Shown piece after piece: positions 1 to 13,800 of a stretch of DNA of 64,000 nucleotides. The notes beneath the pieces are model-generated. The model was given only the letters and a program-made list of their open reading frames with translations, made no database searches and had not been told where the DNA came from. The stretch covers positions 32,993,788-33,057,787 of the forward strand of contig JARFYF010000053.1 of NCBI GenBank assembly GCA_030265395.1, written 5' to 3'. A program made the translations under genes and the position numbers. The DNA comes from Rhina ancylostomus. Taxonomy: Eukaryota. Position 1 is the stretch's first letter. Every line of letters starts with the position of its first letter.

Positions 1-409
1 TGTAAATCTCTCTCTCCTGTACTAGTCCTACAGACACGGCTTGCCCTTCATAATCTTCCCCTCCTTACACTGTCCATTATGTGGCACAGGATCAAGCCAG
101 AGATTACCATCCCTGCGGCCTTGTTTTTCAATCTACTGCCTGACTCCTTCACCAATCCCTAGTTCATCCGTGCTCCACTCCAATTCATGGACTTCTCGTG
201 TGACCACCCACCCCACAAACTAGAATTACAAAGTAATCCCTCACTCCGCAAGCCCTACTCTGGACCATAGTACATGTAGTTTGCAGCTGCTGGCCCTTGA
301 AAATGTCTTGTTGGTTCATCACATAGTAAGTACTTGATACTTTAAGGAAACCATCTGACTCTTGGCCTTTGACATGCACTAGATCAGGCAATCTGTGCCG
401 CACCAATTC

Positions 410-750
410 AAGAGTAATTGAAGGACAGGGTGAGGCAGGAGCTGGCAGGCAAAAGGCGGTTCCAGGTGAAGAGGGCTTGATAGGAAAGATGGATCCAGGT
501 GGTGGAGGGAGGGGGTCAAATTGGTTGCAGAGGCTGGGAGGTGATCAGGAGAGACAATGAAGGGTTGCAGATGATAGAAACAGATAAGGAAGGTGATGAG
601 TGGAACCAGATAAGGGTGGGATGGTGGCCAGTGTGAACAGGGGAAAAGGTGTGGAGAAAAACAATGTGCAAGAGGACCTGGGTTGATCAGGAGAGAAAGG
701 GAACAGATGGAGTGGGGGTTACTTGAAGTTGAAGAATGCAATATTCANNN
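410..750 (-). mobile_element. Penelope-like element 3' region relic
   Basis: Purine-rich tract ending ...gttacttgaagttgaagaatgcaatattca, homologous by eye to other PLE copies in the window. Confidence 0.5.
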
Positions 751-3704
751 NNNNNNNNNNNNNNNNNNNNNNNNNNNNNNNNNNNNNNNNNNNNNNNNNN
801 NNNNNNNNNNNNNNNNNNNNNNNNNNNNNNNNNNNNNNNNNNNNNNNACTTGAAGTTGAAGAATGCAATATTCATGCTGTTGAATTGTAGATCTCATGCT
901 TAACCCTTGCTGTGCTGATAGAAGGCACAACAAAACTGGAAAGTTTACTTCTGGACTACAAATGACTGATGGGTTGAGTTTAACGGTAGTTTCAATGACT
1001 GAAGAACCTCTGGATTTTTTGTTTCCTTATTCCCCACATGACAAATGCAATTCATAGGCCACCAGTTGTGTAGCTGGAGCCCCAATGCCAGAATCCAGGC
1101 CAAAGCAGAAACTTTTGAAAAGCACCAGATTTATTTTTAATTCCTTACAACTCCAAAGCAGTTAACCATTTCACATTCTTACCAAAGTCTTAATAATCCC
1201 ATTTTATCATGGTTAAGGACACCCCAATCTGGCAAGACTTGTGCTGGAGCTCCCAGCTATTAGTGTAGCCACACCACTAAGAACTGGAAAAAAATATCCT
1301 GAAGCAGTAACAGGCCAGAGCCAGTGCCTGCCCTGGGTAGATGTTTAAAACAAATAATCAGCACATTATGTTGCAGTGGGCAAGGTTGCCACTCTACCCT
1401 GGCTTCCGTCACCTCTTTGCAAATCTTGTTGCTTTCACCAGTTTCCCAGCTGGGCTGCATTGTGTTGGGAGGCTGGCTCCTCATGGGAGGGAGCAGGACA
1501 GAGCTCTTGATGAGTCACTGCTTCATGAAAGAGTTTAATCTTAACCAGGGATCAACACACAGCAGTCATGGTTGCTGCCGTAACTGAAGTCCTGCTGTTT
1601 TGGCACCTTAAATGATTTGTTGCCAGGGTTGGATCATAAGGAACCCACACCAAATAATTCAGAACACTACTGCTATTTGGGTGAGACTATTTGATAGCAA
1701 ACTCCACTTATCTGACATGACCAATTACAAACTGTTAGCAGTGGATCAGTTGGGGCTTAATTGGTGACAATTGTCTCAATTCAAAATGCAGCCTGACATT
1801 GTGGGTCAACTTGGCACCTCAAACACATGGTCTGTTACCTTTCACATTGGTATCATACAGACAATCCAAGTGTTCTCTCACCTGCAAAAGTTCCTGTGAT
1901 GTTAAGAGTAATGTCTTGACCAAGATTTATCCCTCAACACCTGAAACTTTTACTTCAAAATTGTATGTAACCTTGCATTCCAATGTTATCCCAGTACTTG
2001 AAAGATGAACATGTGACAAGTGGAAGGTTCTGGAGTATGGCAGAGATTTTTGGTTGAAGGAGTGGGCAAGTGCAAATGATAATCAATCTCATCTTGGTGG
2101 AGAAAGAGGTCCCATCTGCCCTCATGGATGCAAAAGGTCCCATGGCACTGCACAATGATTTCTGGCCCATCAACCTACCCACACTCATTGTTGACTTGGT
2201 GCAAGTATTCAACTTGTACCAACCAATTCAATGTTAACTGCTTGGTACGTGCCATTCCTATCCTAAATGGAGAGGCTCTGTGGCTGGCTGTGGACAGCAT
2301 GAAAATACCATCTCATAGGGGAAAATGAGAGAGATGGTTCACAATCAGTACAACTGGATACAGTGCTTCATGACATGGAGTTTATGAAAAATGCCAATTA
2401 AATTGCTCAGTCACACTTCTGAATAACAAGCTCCTGAGCCTATGGCTCAACATTTTACCAAACCATGTTGATAACTATCTTTACTCATCTGCCCAACTGT
2501 TGCCCTCATTCCAATAAAACTTCTTCTGCCTCAGTTCCTCCAAAACTGCCTTCGTTCTTCACCTGCACTCACATGAAGACAAGAGCTGAAAATGTGTTCC
2601 ACCCAGCAAACAACTGGATCATGCATTTCCAGGTCTGGTTCAGCATCAAAGTCCCACTGGACCTGGATGCTCTTCTCCAAAGCTAGCCATTCCTCAATGC
2701 ATGAAGCTGCCTCCCTGAAGCCTGCACTGCTCCAACTTTCCCCAGATCTCAGATCTTGCCATTTCACTCCCATTTGGCTTCCTTTATCCTCCCATCTTCA
2801 ACCACACCAGTGATATCTGTAACTTCAGGTACTGAGACCTATCAACATTCACCCTCTTAATTATGCTCATTCCCTTGGAAGCCCCTTAATTGTCACCATG
2901 ATTTATTTTGACAATGTTCTCCACTTTAGTTAAAGCTGCCAAATAGTCACATGGCAAAACACTTTCTCACCACAAACTTAAGCTTATCCAAACCTGTTCT
3001 CCATACCCTGACCTGCAATGTGACCAGCTCACCAACCAGCTGAACTTAATAACTTACACTGACTTCCAATTTCAAACTTGGACTGTAAAACCTGTTTCAA
3101 ATCCCATTCCCTACCCAAATTTCTAACCACGTGCTACAGGATTGGGAATCCCTCATTTTGATCCTTCCATTATTTGGAGTTGTATTTTTAAGCTAACAAG
3201 AAAAACTTCTGGAATTCTTTCCCTATCCAGCTCTCCTCTTAAATTTACGAATTTTGTTCATCTGCATTAAATATCAATTTGTGTGTGTGTTCCTATGAAG
3301 CACCTGTCTTAAAAGTAAAGGCCCTAAAATGCAAGCAGTTGAAGGGCTGAGAGGCCTGTGTGATGGCCAACTTCTGTACTATTAAGTGTTCCATGACAGT
3401 GCTTTCTACCCACCACCCCTTCCCTACAAGAGGTGCCATATCAGAAAGTCAGACTATAGACAGACAAAACACATGACCTCTTTCTTGGACTTCATTGAAA
3501 ATTCATAGAAATAAGTGTCACTCTCACCCTTATTTACCCAGATTCTCTAAGCATCAGCCAAGACCTTTACAGCTGAAGTTAGTTTAGTAGTAATGAGGAC
3601 ACAATCTGGACCAAATCAACTAACCAAGTTTAAGCAGTAAAATCAACAGAATCATTTTCACTGAATGACAATGTAGTCATCCACGCAGACAAAGGCCACT
3701 CAAG

Positions 3705-4762
3705 ATTTCAAAATTTATGGTAAAACTTTTTATTCTAGTTTCTTTTTCATGACCATTAACAGGGACACAGGAGAAAGCCAGGTGTTGTTTTCCCTTCTTG
3801 CAAGAACAAAGCATTCTCCAGTTTAGACAAACCCCAAACTGTGAGCAGAGGCGAAACAGAAACAGGATACTGCCTCTGTCCCACATCAACATCAATTAAA
3901 TTCCTGATCTTATTTGGTATAGGAACACAGACCAGTTTTTTTTTNNNNNNNNNNNNNNNNNNNNNNNNNNNNNNNNNNNNNNNNNNNNNNNNNNNNNNNN
4001 NNNNNNNNNNNNNNNNNNNNNNNNNNNNNNNNNNNNNNNNNNNNATTACTAATGCTTGATATCAACTAGTCTCCCTGTTTCTATGCAAAAGGCATATATA
4101 CAGTACCAACGATTAACATTTCCACCTTGATGCATTAATATACTTAAAAAAAAATTCAGCCGCTTCCTTTTCCATTCGGCATTACACAGGGTGCCCTCTG
4201 TGGGAAACAACAGTGATATTTGTTTTTTAGGCACAAATCTGTTAGTTTCTGGAATAGGGAGAATGTGTTCCAAGGCTGCAGTGCTCCACAGCATCAACAA
4301 ACTTGTACTGAAAGGTTTAATGAAAGCCCGCACTCATGGCACTCGTGTTTCAGTTTTATAGCTTTTTTCAGGTTTCTCTCTCATTACTAACAAAAAGGCA
4401 AATAAACTTAAATTTCAAATTAGCATTGATGTAAGATGCTTTTTGATTTTAAATCAAGCTCCTATAAGGTTGTGAAACTAAGGCTTCCTGCTCATTCATT
4501 GCCCCGAGCCTGTGCGTTACCATTTTTTTTGTGTTTTTTTTTTGTTTTTGCTTCATTTTGTACTTTTTTTTTAAGCTTTTGATAAAAGCACAGACAAGTG
4601 GTAGAACTGTAGTTTTGCTTGAAAGTAGATAAACTGTGCTCCATTTCCATTTTGGACTAGGAAACACAGAGGGTGGTGGAGGCAGATAACTTTGCGTAAA
4701 CCCTCCCCTCCCCGAAGATACTGCATTGGGTAATGTGCTTGCTGGGGGAAGAAAAGGAGAAA
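3705..4762 (-). other. CSDE1: CSDE1 3'UTR (approximate 3' end)
   Basis: Follows the stop codon, has A/U-rich tracts and ends shortly after AATAAA; contains a 100-N gap. Confidence 0.75.
3729..3734 (-). terminator. Polyadenylation signal AATAAA (distal)
   Basis: Minus strand reads CTGTTAATGG...GAATAAAAAGTTTTAC, similar to the recalled mammalian CSDE1 distal poly(A) context. An ATTAAA at 4316-4321 may be a proximal site. Confidence 0.75.
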
Positions 4763-4810
4763 TCAATCTATCACTCCGGCTTGACGAATCTTTCTCTCCA
4801 CAGTAAATCC
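4763..4810 (-). CDS. CSDE1: CSDE1 last coding exon: [15 protein letters not shown]
   Basis: ttgcag acceptor; TGA stop at 4763-4765. Confidence 0.96.
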   Translation of the reverse strand, partial: GFTVERKIRQAGVID

Positions 4811-7800
4811 CTGCAAAATACAAAACAGAATGGTTAATTTCCCCAAAGGTTCACTAGATACACCAGAACTAAGCTGATAAATATGAGCTTTAGAATAATT
4901 ATTTTTTTAAACTGGCTAGATTGCTGAGTTGGCTTGAAATCAGTATGATAGAACTCAGGAACCTAACTCTTCACAGTGTATGTGGAAGATCTTTCAGCCT
5001 TCATTTGCAAGTCAAACAAGCAACAGTTAATGTGATTAAAAACAACCCAAGTGTGGTAGCCAGACAGCAAATGCTCAACTCCAGTTGATTCACAAATAGC
5101 ACAGGGACTGATTACCCATTCTCTCTCCACATCCCCCACCAACCCCCCCCCTTCAATTTCTACTTCACTGAATGGAACAGTGGTTCCACAGGTGGCAANN
5201 NNNNNNNNNNNNNNNNNNNNNNNNNNNNNNNNNNNNNNNNNNNNNNNNNNNNNNNNNNNNNNNNNNNNNNNNNNNNNNNNNNNNNNNNNNNNNNNNNNAG
5301 TGGTTCCACAGGTGGCAAACAACTAAAGGTCACAAACCAATGATATTTTCATTCCAGTTGTTATCTGCAGGCCATCATGGGGAAACCATGTAATCCTAAT
5401 CTAAAATATACCCACTGAGCAGACAGGAACCAGAAATCTAAGTTTTACAAAGAAAACACTTCCACAACCAGGACAAAAAATGGTGGCACCCCTACTGCAA
5501 CCCCATCGAAAAAATCAGCATTGATGAAGCTACAATATTTGCGGCTCAGTTCCTCAACAAATGAGACAGTTATTGAAGGAGCTGACAAGTGGGCTGTATG
5601 CAAGTTCTTCAGACCCATGAGCTTATTCTTCAGTAGCAAACACTAGTCTCATGGGAGGATGCAAGATGATCACTAAATAAAACTCAGTTTCATTTCTCTA
5701 TTATGGGGCTCCCAGCTGCTCAGATTTAGTCTGGCTGAAAAACCAGGAGGATAGAGAATGTCAGTGTGTCTGCAGTCTACAATACATAGCACAACTACAT
5801 TGTCTGGTACCAGTCCCATTCTGACTTTAAATGGATACTGAAGTAATGTGCTCCAACACTCCTACTGCTCATGTCCTTCTTAGTGGTAGAAGTCATGGGT
5901 TTGGGAGGTGCTGTCGGAGTAGCCTGGCTGAGTAACNNNNNNNNNNNNNNNNNNNNNNNNNNNNNNNNNNNNNNNNNNNNNNNNNNNNNNNNNNNNNNNN
6001 NNNNNNNNNNNNNNNNNNNNNNNNNNNNNNNNNNNNATCAAATTAACTACTGGCGAAAAACAGCTGCAGAACTCTGCACCAAAATAAGCAGCTCCCAGTC
6101 CAGAATTTCAGTCTGTTATAATCAGCTCAAGTTCATGCAGAGGAACTTTCACTGTCTATCATCCAGAGTTTTATGATGGAAAATATAGTTGGGCTACATT
6201 AGGATCAAACTGAAATGTCAGCCAAATGCAGATCAAGACAAACTTCAAATTCACTGGTTTTGTTCATTGAAGCACAGGGGTTAAAATGCAGGTAATTATT
6301 TGCATCAATACGTATTGTTTGGCAAGTTGCATTTTTGTTTAAAAATCAAAGCAGGATGAGAGGGCGACTAATGACCAAATTTATTAAAGATTTATTCAAA
6401 GCAAATTCCAACTATAGGCTCTACAACTTTATTCTTTCTCATTTTCCCTATATGAAACATACTTGAGTAGATTACTGAAATCTATATAGACAATATAGCA
6501 TACCCCAACTACACTCCTCCCAAAAACAGTTAATTTATATCAAATACTGGCTATTAAACCCAATAAGTCAACTTAAATCCATATGGACTGCCCTTGTTTA
6601 AACTGCACCTTCCCAAATCTGTATTCTCCCTCAGTTTTTCCAATTTGCTCACGATGGATATTAGGTAAACATGTCTGCAAATACTGTCCGACCCCTCCTT
6701 TAAGGCAATGATAGCATCAAGGAACCAAGCCAATAAGTTTGTCAAAAAGATAGTCTGAGCAGAGGTGATTTCCTTTCATGCTTCCATCACCTGGGATAGA
6801 TATCACTCCAGACTGGTGATGTATCTATCCACTTTTAAAGTTACTGTCTCCTTAATATTTGTTTGCCATAATTTTTAGAGTCACATATTTAACATGCTTA
6901 TTCCCCAACTTCAGTTTTTGGTCTTTATATGAGTGGAGGTGATACAAAGTATTTCATTTAGTGTCTCGTAACTTTTGCCACCACACAACGATTATCCCTT
7001 TAGTCCCTAATTAGACAAAAGTCTCTCATCTCATCTCTCTTTATACGAAAAGATCTGGGAGTTTCCTTGGTTTTCCTGCAACTTTTACTGCATCCATTTT
7101 CTCTCAATTCACTTTACAATTTCACTCTGGATTTTCTACACTTCTCGTGGCTTCTGCAACATTCAGTATATGAACTTTTCTTGCTTCATCCTATGCTTCA
7201 GCTCAACATCTGGTGGTGGGTGGGGGTCCGAGTTAGTGTAGATTTGGTAGTTTATACATCAGAAAAAAATTCTAAAGAGTATAACACTTATATTTGTAAA
7301 GTGATTAGCTCTAGCACTTCCATTCTAAAATGTCCATATTGCAACTTTAGGTAATAGTTATCAGGTAAATGCCTAGATCCATATCCAAAAAAGCAGTGGT
7401 GTTTTCCCAAAACAAATCTTCACATTTTGAAGTACAACTCCTGTACTACACCAAATTTCATGAATTAGTTTGGAATCTCCATTCTATAATGACAACCAAT
7501 GTTAGGGAGAGCTATCAGATGCTAATGTAACAGCCAATCAATAATCACCAGCAACATGACATAGGTTAATTTGACAGCATTTACCTTGGTGTTATCAGGT
7601 CCCTTTGGCTGGCGANNNNNAACCAACTTTGGAGCACTTGCGTCATCCAAGGTGATGCTTTTCAGACGATGTACTAAACGGTCAGGACGTGGAGCTGCCA
7701 CCTTGGAACCTTCACTAAAATAAGAGAAATATACACAATGCAAATGAAATTTTTCACAACAAGATGCACAACTATGACAATGTGCATGGTTTAAAAAGTA

Positions 7801-10800
7801 CAGTTTGGCAGGAAAGGGTACAGCCAGTCAGAATTCTTAAACTTCAATCATCTTTTCTCTAAATGAGATAATAGGCTTTAAGTCTGTAACAGATAAGGCA
7901 ACCCTTTAACATTTAACACCACACTGGAACATCAGCCTGAATAGGTTTGGTCAAGGAACTGAAGGGAGATTTTGTACACTTGTTCTGACTCAGGAAGGGA
8001 CATTCAACCCGAGAGTAAATTGGCCTTGCTATGAAGGGAAATACTTCGAATTGGCCATTTTAACAGAAATACTAAAAACATTGTGCATCTTAAATTGTTT
8101 TCATTACACTTATTGCAATTGCATTATAAACAATCAAGCAACCTATTCTAAACCAAGATAGATTCTTGATAAAGGAGCAAAAGATTAACATGGGTAGACA
8201 GGAACATGAAATGCAAAACTGAGATTACAATCAGCCATTAAATTATCACAGCAGAACTAGAATCTACTGCCTGGAAATCCCAATTGTTCAGTATCTGGCT
8301 CACTAGGTTCTAATTCACATACTCCCTTCCACTCACCAGGGACCTGGCTCCATGATCCTTTAGACCCACACTTGGTTCTGTTTCCCTTGAACTCACCTGG
8401 TCCACAAAAATTCTATGCAACATTAAAAGCAGCAAATTAGGAGTGTGTTGGAGTATTAACAGAACATCTGATGATCTGGAAAATACACAAGTTTGGCACC
8501 AAAAGTCAAGTGTACCAATTTAATGGAGTTTTACAGTAACTGGTGCAGCAGACTCAAAAGGGGCTAAGTAGCCTCTTCATAACTTGTTTGCAAGTGATCG
8601 CAAATACTTGTGCAGTTAAGGAAACGCCACTGATGCTCTCACATTAGTGTTAGTCACTATTAAGCATTTTCGCAATGGTAGAGAAAATCTTAGTACCATG
8701 ATAGAAAGGCACCAATCTTGCAGATATAGGACGATTGTTGGACAAATCACTGGTGATTAGTCAGCGTACAGGAGTGAGATAGGATACCTGGTTGGTTGGT
8801 GCTGCAAAACCTCTTACTCAATGTCAGTAAAACTAAGAGCTGATTGTTGACTTCAGGGAGGGAGGGGGAACATGCACCAGTCTGCATTGGTGAATCAACA
8901 GTGGAGAGGCTCAGCAGCTTTAAGTTTCTGGGTGTTAGCATGTCCTGGACCCAGCATATAGATGCAATCAAAGGCAGGCACACCAGCATCTTTACTTTGA
9001 GGAGAATCAGTATGTCAGCAAACTTCTACAGATGTACTGTTGAAAGCATCCTGACTGGTTGCAACATGGTCTGGTATGACAATTCAGATGTGCAGGAATG
9101 CAAGATGCCACAGAGTAGTGGACTCAGCCCATCACAGGCACATCCCTCCTCACCATTAGTGTCTAGAGGAGGCACTAAGTCAAGGTGGCAACATCAAGAA
9201 TCCCCACCATCTGGGCCATGCCATCTTCTCACAGCTACCTTTGGGCAGGAGGTACAGAACCCTGAGGTCCCACACCAGGTTCAAGAACAGCTACTTCCCT
9301 TCAACCATTTGGATCTCTAACCAACTGGCAAAACCCTAATCACCACCTTAGTATCGCAACACTATGATCACTTTGCACTACAATGGACTTTTTCTAATTA
9401 TGTTCTTTCTTGTAAAAATTGTGCACAACTTGTTTTTCTTGTGAATGCTGCTTATCTGATGCTAAGTGCCTGTGATAATGCTGCAGGCAAGTTTTTCATT
9501 GCACCTGTGCATACATATACTTGCATATGACAATAAACTATTTTTGAGTTTGACAAAAATGCAGTTAATTTAAATTTGGACTTGTCAACTTCATTGTTTA
9601 GATTGGAGTCATTAGACGATGGTAAATATTTTGTTCTTTTCTCTACAGATGTAGGTTACCAACAGTAAAGCAATTTGAATCACATTTCAAACAACAGCAC
9701 TGTTTACATTGAATTATTGCATTTGGCATGATATGCTAGCTCTATGCAGATATTGATCAGATTTTACAGCTCTACAGGAAAGTTTATTCAGTTTCTGCTG
9801 ACAAACTAAAGCCAAAACAACAATTTGAAGTCAGGAAAATCAGGGTATTACCAGAATTGAACATTCTTCCTTCAGTAATGTAAGGCAATGTAAAAAAATT
9901 TAATGGGGCAAGGAGATGACTGTTTAGCAATTTAAAAGGTTTATGCATCGAGTACTAGAATGTGATATGCATTCATTTTTTGAGCAATTCCCATACAATT
10001 AGCATATTCATAAAAGCATCACCATTTCCCATTGATGGTTTGCACTTATCTTCCAAATTCCAGTCTTTTTTGTAACAGTTCCCACAGATTGAAAGGTTGT
10101 AAGCATAATCCTGCTATTCAGGAAAGCAGCTGGTTAAACCTCCACATGGGGAAGCATAACCATCTCCAACATCTGATTCATTTATTGATTTTGCTGCAAG
10201 GACCTTGAATGAAATGAGACAAATCTCAATCCAATTACCTCACAGCACAAATTGATGTGGAAAATTGCTGCTTGGAGGGGACAGCAAATACACAAAAGCA
10301 CAAGTGCAAAAGCAGTAAGGTGTCCTTGTGCAATTGAACCAGCTTATATGCATGGGAGTGGGACAGATGTGTTTTACAATGTAAGTGTTAGAATTTAACA
10401 GTGAGTTAAAACTGGATTGGGTCCATCACTGCAGAGCGCCAAAATAAATCATGAGAAAGCAAATGCAACTTAGTATTTAAAATGTCATACAATTGTAATC
10501 TTAATTCAATACCAAGAGGACAAACTACTGTACCCCCACCTGCAAAGAACATTTAGCAATATTTGATTAATGATTTATCATGTCTATTATGGTGTGGATT
10601 TACCAGAAGCTTACCTGACACGGAATACATTGCAGGCACTACACTTTCCTGTACGCTGATTTAAGATGACAGAAAACTCCACTTCATCTCCAGGCTGCAA
10701 CTCCACACCATCCAATACCTCATTCACACGGAAGAACAGCTTTTTACCATCACCAACTTCATAGTTAATGAAGCCAAACTGGGAAAACACAAGTCACCAT

Positions 10801-13800
10801 CATGTTCATTATATACAAAAATTCACACACTTTTTTGAACAACTAGAGTGAACAGACAGCTAGTTCTGTTTACAACGTTCTTCAGGAACCTTTTTCTGCA
10901 GAGCAGCTTTTAACTAAACATGAGGGCAAATAAAGTGAGAAATTGAAGGACTGCACACAACCCTATATCGCCCCCCCCACCATGGACAAAACTGGTAATT
11001 ATTGGAATTTCATAATTCAGGTCTTAAAAGTCATCATCATGCAGGAACAGGGTAGTATCTAGTTGTCACATTACGGTATGAGATAGTAGCATATGGGTAC
11101 CTGTAGACTGTGGGATAAGGTAAAGGACTTGCTATTTTGGGGGTGGTGCAGGCTGGAAGGCTAAAATGTGCCTGGACAGATGCAGTATTGGTCCTCAACC
11201 TTGCATTGGGCCCTGTCGCAACAGGAGGCCACAGACAGATAAGCCGGAGTGGAAGTGGGACGGTGAATTAAAGAGCAGACAAATTTTAAAGAGTCAGAAG
11301 AACTGGGAGAATGGAATGCAGGAGAAAGTATAGTCAAGATAGTTGTTGGCTTGTAAATAGGTGGTGTTTGTGGTTAGCTTATTCCCAAGAGGGAAACCAA
11401 GAGATCCAGAAAGAGTCAAAAGATGGACCAGATGAAGCTGAGAGCAGGGAGAAAACTGGCAGAAGTGATGAAATTTCAGTTCTGTACGTGTAGGAAAAAG
11501 CACCAGTCTTCGATATGTACTAGAAAGATACGAGGGAGTGGGCATAAGCAAAACCAGGAAACTCAAATTAGTGGATGGCATTTGAAGTATCATAGACCAG
11601 CTGAGGGAGAATGGAATTAAGATGGGAACTGGGGCAAGAACACACTGCAACAGGTCAGCCTGAACAGTCCCACTTGTGGATCTGGGCCAGAAGGTAGGGA
11701 AGATCCGAGAGGGGGATGAAGATGTGTCAGAGCTGGAGTTTTGCCTCTGAGATGATCTGCTCAATGCTTCCCGAGCTTTGTTTTTCCCTTTACGAATATT
11801 GTTTGACCTGCACAGCATACCTGGCATTTTGTTTTTACTTCAGAGTCCCCATTTTGCCTTTTATATAAATAAGCGAGCAAACTTCTTAAAGTCATTCTTC
11901 ATGATATTTTCTGTATAGCCAATTTCTTTAACCTATTCACAGGATTAAAAACTATTGCATATTTGGCACAGTTAAGGAGATGATTAACATGCATTTTAAT
12001 TGGCCAATTTTCTTCTCTTGGACATTGTAATTAACAGAAATGAGCTGAGTTTCGTGTAAAGTATTAAGATTTACTTATTGCTAGTGGGAATACACANNNN
12101 NNNNNNNNNNNNNNNNNNNNNNNNNNNNNNNNNNNNNNNNNNNNNNNNNNNNNNNNNNNNNNNNNNNNNNNNNNNNNNNNNNNNNNNNNNNNNNNNGAGT
12201 TACTTATTGCTAGTGGGAATACACATTCTATTCAGCAATAGGATCCTGTGATTTTGTGTGCTTTTTGGAGAGGGAGGTGATGGAGCCAAGTTAGCAGTAC
12301 ATAGACCTATTAGTGCAGTGAAACTTACACTCAATACACCCTCTTCAAAAATGCAGTGCAAATTACTCCCTTGGAGACCATTCCTGCAGGGCTAGGCCGA
12401 ATACTTTGTATTGTAGGCAAAAAACTAATCTTACAAAATAAAGACAAATCAAACTTGTTATGAGAACTGCTCAGATTAAAATGTTGTGTACATTCCATAT
12501 GTGGTAGGAGATTCCCTTCTGTCCTGAAAATCTCACTGCAGCTCTGAATCTCATGACTGATACATCATCACGTAATCTACAGTACACACCTGTAATATTA
12601 CAACTAAATATTTCAGTTGTTCAAAATGAATAGCATTTTGAAAAAAATAGCAACAGCTTCCAAAGCATTTGTCACGAATTAGGGCAGGGATATTTATATA
12701 GCCAACAGCCATGGATTCACCATCCCAGAGTACCAGGAGACCACGATCTGACAATAGCAGCCAGCACCAGCCAGTGGCTGAAGATTCTCCCATGTGATTG
12801 CGGCAGTGAGCAAAGGTCTGAACTGGGACAGATTAGATAACATGCATGCTGGAACTTTGGCAGGAGAGTTTGCAATTGGCAATCAGCACTGAAGATGGCA
12901 AACAGCAGTCAGTACATGGTCTCAGAGTGAGCAGGCCTCCGGAAGATGTGGTATGTGAGGATTGTGGGGAGGAGAGAGCAAAAAAGGACAGCAGGGAAAA
13001 TAAGGAGCCAAGTTGGTAGGCGAGAGCAAGGGAAGGAGGAAGTTCCATGAGGCAGGGTGAAGAAAAAGGGTCCAGGCAGAATAATAGGCACCTATAAATA
13101 TGGCCAAACTGCCCACCAACTTGTGTAGCAGAGCCTAGTTTCACAATGTCATCACTTCCTTGCCATTGGGCCAATAACTGTCAAGTCCCTGTGGTAGCTA
13201 GTGTGCAAAAACCACTGCATATTAAAAGGATTCAAGCACAAGCATCTCCACTGTGCAGAACTGGGTGGAAACAAATCACCTGCAATCTCAAGGGGATGGT
13301 TTAAGACAAAAACCCAAGTATCACCACCCACCTCATTTCCAAACTACTTGTTTCCTCTGTTTCAAGGCCACCGATGCAGTAAAGAGCATGACCAAAGTTC
13401 TAGGCTCCAAATGGTAAAATTTTTCAAATCAAGTGAGAGTTGCTTGTTATTAGCTTTCAGGATTTAGGGGACTAGGGGTGGAACAGGCAGAATGTTTGAC
13501 AAAGGAAACATTTTCATTGCAGTGCCTCAGACTGCAGTTCTAAATAAAAAATCCAAAATTAGTTCAGCTGAAGAATGGCTGATACTATTACATGCTATTG
13601 GGTATCAATGTGTTCTGCAAGATCCATAATCAGGTCATTTACAGACTGGCACCTAAATGTTAATTGGCATAAAGCAGCCCTCTTCAAAAAGGTACACTGG
13701 CCACTGTTGCAGCCAACATTGTTCCTGGTTCCTTTGTTCAAAAAAGAAATGGGTTAATCCAGGAAATTATAGGCCTCACATCAATGGAGGGAAGCTATTG

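Noticed and set aside
8844-9320. 158-aa ORF as a nested gene
   Set aside because: Frameshifted RT remnant of a Rex1-like LINE.
11294-11827. 177-aa minus-strand ORF
   Set aside because: Low-complexity translation of the purine-rich Penelope 3' region; no domain recognised.
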